Of a stretch of DNA of 1,086 nt, positions 1-1,086 are shown one piece after another. Origin of the DNA: Escherichia coli (lineage in GTDB: Bacteria > Pseudomonadota > Gammaproteobacteria > Enterobacterales > Enterobacteriaceae); NCBI RefSeq assembly GCF_003334815.1, contig NZ_QOWO01000107.1, one strand, 5' to 3'. The notes below the pieces were generated by a model. It had not been told where the DNA came from. It saw only the letters and a list, made by a program, of their open reading frames with translations, and ran no database searches. The first letter of the stretch is position 1, and every line of letters starts with the position of its first letter. The position numbers and the translations under genes were made by a program.

Positions 1-68
1 TTCGCCAGGAACGACCGGAACGCGGCATCATGCGGCGTGGGCGTTGTGGTGTTTTTCTTCTTACTCAC
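1..68 (-). CDS. hypothetical protein, 5' end only (continues past the left window edge); N-terminus MSKKKNTTTPTPHDAAFRSFLA...
   Basis: GTG start at 68..66 preceded by GGAGG (77..73) with a 4-nt spacer; the start overlaps the TGA stop (67..65) of the upstream gene as GTGA; frame stays open to the window edge (22 codons); the initiation region and first ~19 codons are homologous to the start of the 65..580 gene. Not in the ORF track because it is truncated by the window. Confidence 0.5.
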   Translation of the reverse strand, partial: MSKKKNTTTPTPHDAAFRSFLA

Positions 69-77
69 GGTTCCTCC
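51..77. repeat. 27-bp direct repeat, copy 1 (gtttttcttcttactcacggttcctcc); on the minus strand this is the SD plus GTG start of the 1..68 gene
   Basis: 25 of 27 nt identical to 563-589; weaker homology continues into both downstream coding regions. Confidence 0.8.
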
Positions 78-580
78 ATCAAATCAGCAGCATCGCAGCA
101 ATCATCGTCCAAATCCCCACAACCAAGAGGACAGCAATTGCGATCAAAGCCGTGACAACAATAGCCACGTTCTGCGTCACGGCGTATTTCTTCTGCAATC
201 TCTTCAGCGGAAAGGTAATCAAACTCCTCACGGGCCAGTTCCAGGACCAGCAGATGTTGTTCTGTCGGCAATGTAGACACAAAATTATCAATAGCAGCAC
301 TCAAACGTCGCTGATATAGCTCATAAACAAGACCACAACGGTGCATTAGTTCTTCGGATAATAGTTCCAGTTTTGAGCGAACGCTGTCAGCATTGAAAGT
401 GACTTCATCAGATGACATCTGAAAATCTTTGTCAGTGTCAAAACAAGACTTCATTTTTATCTCCTGCCCGTCCGGGCCCTGAATGAAAGAAAACCTGTTT
501 CCCTTCTCTGTTTTTTTATGGAACAGGAGGAATCCGGTACCATGCGACATAGACGTCATGATGTTTTTCATCTTGCTCAC
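65..580 (-). CDS. hypothetical acidic protein, 171 aa from GTG at 580 (alternative internal ATG at 454 would give 129 aa); Cys-rich C-terminal tail GYCCHGFDRNCCPLGCGDLDDDCCDAADLMEEP; no family recognised
   Basis: Long open frame (part of the 65..676 track ORF); GGAGG at 589..585 then 4 nt then GTG at 580..578; this initiation region is duplicated at the next gene; CTG/GAA/CGT-rich codon usage; roughly 34 Asp+Glu against 19 Lys+Arg by my count; stop TGA at 67..65. The track start at 676 is rejected: it has no SD and overlaps the upstream gene. Confidence 0.6.
   Translation of the reverse strand: MSKMKNIMTSMSHGTGFLLFHKKTEKGNRFSFIQGPDGQEIKMKSCFDTDKDFQMSSDEVTFNADSVRSKLELLSEELMHRCGLVYELYQRRLSAAIDNFVSTLPTEQHLLVLELAREEFDYLSAEEIAEEIRRDAERGYCCHGFDRNCCPLGCGDLDDDCCDAADLMEEP
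73..77 (-). promoter_or_regulatory. Shine-Dalgarno (GGAGG) for the 1..68 gene, embedded in the last codons (M-E-E-P) of the upstream gene
   Basis: GGAGG then AACC then GTG, with the GTG overlapping the upstream TGA as GTGA. Confidence 0.55.
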
Positions 581-589
581 GGTTCCTCC
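563..589. repeat. 27-bp direct repeat, copy 2 (gtttttcatcttgctcacggttcctcc); on the minus strand this is the SD plus GTG start of the 65..580 gene
   Basis: 25 of 27 nt identical to 51-77; differences at repeat positions 8 and 13. Confidence 0.8.
585..589 (-). promoter_or_regulatory. Shine-Dalgarno (GGAGG) for the 65..580 gene
   Basis: GGAGG then AACC then GTG; sits inside the duplicated 27-bp element. Confidence 0.55.
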
Positions 590-644
590 TGGTAAAGTAC
601 CTGAACATATCCTGCCACCTGCACAGACAGACGGCAGGGGGTAA

Positions 645-911
645 TCAGTGGCAGACCCGTTCAATTTCAAGCGCACGGAGCAGGTGCCCCCACTCGCTGA
701 CTTTCATGGCGGGGATACGCACCCGCTTCCGCTCACTGCAGCGTCTGGCGATATGACCGCCCATCGCCAGGACGTCCGGGTTAATCTCATCCGGTGCCAG
801 TTCCTGGCGTCTGAAGCGGGTATGGCGGTGCAGGGGTTTGTTCTCCCGCAGGCACTCTTCACGCAGACGCTTTACATATTCAGCCGTTGCAAAGATAATT
901 GATGGTCTCAT
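645..911 (-). CDS. hypothetical small basic protein, 88 aa (MRPSIIFATAEYVKRLREECLRENKPLHRHTRFRRQ...ERVCH); Arg-rich, possibly nucleic-acid binding; identity unknown
   Basis: ATG at 911..909 preceded by GGAG (923..920) with an 8-nt spacer; stop TGA at 647..645; Leu codons are CTG-dominated on this strand (6 of 8) versus CTC-dominated on the mirror plus-strand ORF; about 15 Arg + 4 Lys against 12 Asp/Glu. The track extends this ORF to 1007 (120 aa), but the extension crosses the terminator hairpin and uses rare AGG/ATA/CGG codons. Confidence 0.5.
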   Translation of the reverse strand: MRPSIIFATAEYVKRLREECLRENKPLHRHTRFRRQELAPDEINPDVLAMGGHIARRCSERKRVRIPAMKVSEWGHLLRALEIERVCH

Positions 912-919
912 GGCATAAT
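911..919 (+). promoter_or_regulatory. candidate extended -10 element (TGgCATAAT) on the plus strand
   Basis: TG at 911-912, one nt, then CATAAT at 914-919 (5/6 match to TATAAT); no convincing -35. A transcript from about 926 would end at the 979-1004 terminator. Sequence pattern only. Confidence 0.2.
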
Positions 920-923
920 CTCC
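920..923 (-). promoter_or_regulatory. Shine-Dalgarno (GGAG) for the 645..911 gene
   Basis: GGAG then 8 nt then ATG at 911..909. Confidence 0.45.
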
Positions 924-942
924 ATAGTTCGTGAATGAGATG

Positions 943-969
943 CCGGACTTCCGTACGGGGAAGCGCCGG
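943..969. promoter_or_regulatory. imperfect palindrome / inverted repeat upstream of the small basic gene; candidate operator or RNA stem
   Basis: CCGG-a-CTTCC-GTACGG-GGAAG-cg-CCGG: outer CCGG (943-946 / 966-969) and inner CTTCC (948-952) / GGAAG (959-963) arms around a GTAC core; lies 32-68 bp upstream of the ATG at 911. Confidence 0.3.
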
Positions 970-978
970 CAGAGAAAG

Positions 979-1004
979 GCAGGGTTTATCGCCCTGCTTT
1001 TTTT
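979..1004 (+). terminator. intrinsic (rho-independent) terminator hairpin, strongest on the plus strand; possibly bidirectional
   Basis: Stem GCAGGG (979-984) / CCCTGC (992-997), 7-nt loop TTTATCG, then T7 run (998-1004); an A-rich tract upstream (973-977) could extend the stem. On the minus strand the same hairpin is followed by the weaker tract CTTTCTCT. Confidence 0.6.
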
Positions 1005-1086
1005 CATTCCGGACAGCGACGCAGTGCCAGCGCGAGCGCTTTCATCTTCCAGCCTTCCGGCGTGCGGTACATCACCTTCCAGTAGC
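1004..1086 (-). CDS. 3' end of an unidentified gene entering from the right edge (C-terminus ...YWKVMYRTPEGWKMKALALALRRCPE, stop TGA at 1006..1004)
   Basis: Frame open from the window edge to the TGA, with CTG/GCG/CGT/CGC/CCG/GAA codons; stop is followed immediately by a hairpin. Not in the ORF track because the start lies outside the window. Only 27 codons are visible, so support is limited. Confidence 0.35.
   Translation of the reverse strand, partial: YWKVMYRTPEGWKMKALALALRRCPE

Noticed and set aside
37-276. Plus-strand ORF (79 aa) in the six-frame track
   Set aside because: Lies antisense to the better-supported minus-strand genes, has no SD, overlaps another plus ORF in a different frame, and its low-complexity composition (runs of N/Q/P/H) looks like a shadow frame.
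79-300. Minus-strand alternative-frame ORF (73 aa) with a long hydrophobic stretch (VAIVVTALIAIAVLLVVGIWTMIAAMLLI) inside the acidic gene
   Set aside because: The hydrophobic run is what the Cys/Asp codons (TGT/TGC/GAT) give when read one base out of frame; it begins at a GTG with no SD and is fully nested in a longer, better-supported frame. A sequencing frameshift or an overlapping membrane peptide cannot be strictly excluded, but there is no positive evidence.
44-319. Plus-strand ORF (91 aa) in the six-frame track
   Set aside because: Codon-aligned antisense shadow of the acidic minus-strand gene; no SD before the ATG at 44, which itself lies inside the minus-strand start region.
65-676. 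203-aa version of the acidic ORF starting at 676
   Set aside because: That start (GTG) lies inside the 3' end of the basic gene with no SD; the GTG at 580 has a GGAGG and sits in an initiation region duplicated at the neighbouring gene.
648-902. Plus-strand ORF (84 aa) mirroring the small basic gene
   Set aside because: CTC-dominated Leu usage and Phe/Gln/Pro enrichment fit an antisense shadow; kept as an open alternative in the findings because it has a plausible SD and a downstream terminator.
645-1007. 120-aa version of the small basic ORF starting at ATG 1007
   Set aside because: The extension has no SD, contains the terminator hairpin and rare AGG/ATA/CGG codons; the internal ATG at 911 has a GGAG at proper spacing. 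The ATGA overlap with the upstream stop is noted as a caveat.
1-1086. Search for tRNA, rRNA, CRISPR repeats and IS/transposon terminal inverted repeats
   Set aside because: No cloverleaf-compatible segments, no regularly spaced repeats (the only repeat has two copies about 512 bp apart and overlaps gene starts), and no transposase-like ORF or terminal inverted repeats were seen.

Overview
1,086-bp window with roughly balanced GC and enterobacterial-style codon usage. I read it as a co-directional cluster of four minus-strand genes, two complete and two cut by the window edges: (i) the 3' end of a gene entering from the right (1004..1086); (ii) a small, very basic Arg-rich 88-aa protein (645..911); (iii) a 171-aa strongly acidic protein with a Cys-rich C-terminal tail (65..580); (iv) the 5' end of a further gene (1..68) whose start overlaps the stop of (iii) in a GTGA quartet. 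I do not recognise any of these proteins as a named family, so all are called hypothetical; no search could be run. Notable non-coding structure: a near-identical 27-bp translation-initiation region repeated in front of genes (iii) and (iv), with weaker homology continuing about 19 codons into both genes; an intrinsic terminator hairpin (979..1004) whose strong T-tract is on the plus strand; and an imperfect palindrome (943..969) upstream of the small basic gene. No tRNA, rRNA, CRISPR array or IS/transposase signature is visible. The small size, absence of recognisable housekeeping genes and acidic/basic protein pairing suggest an accessory (prophage, plasmid or island) module, but that is inference only.
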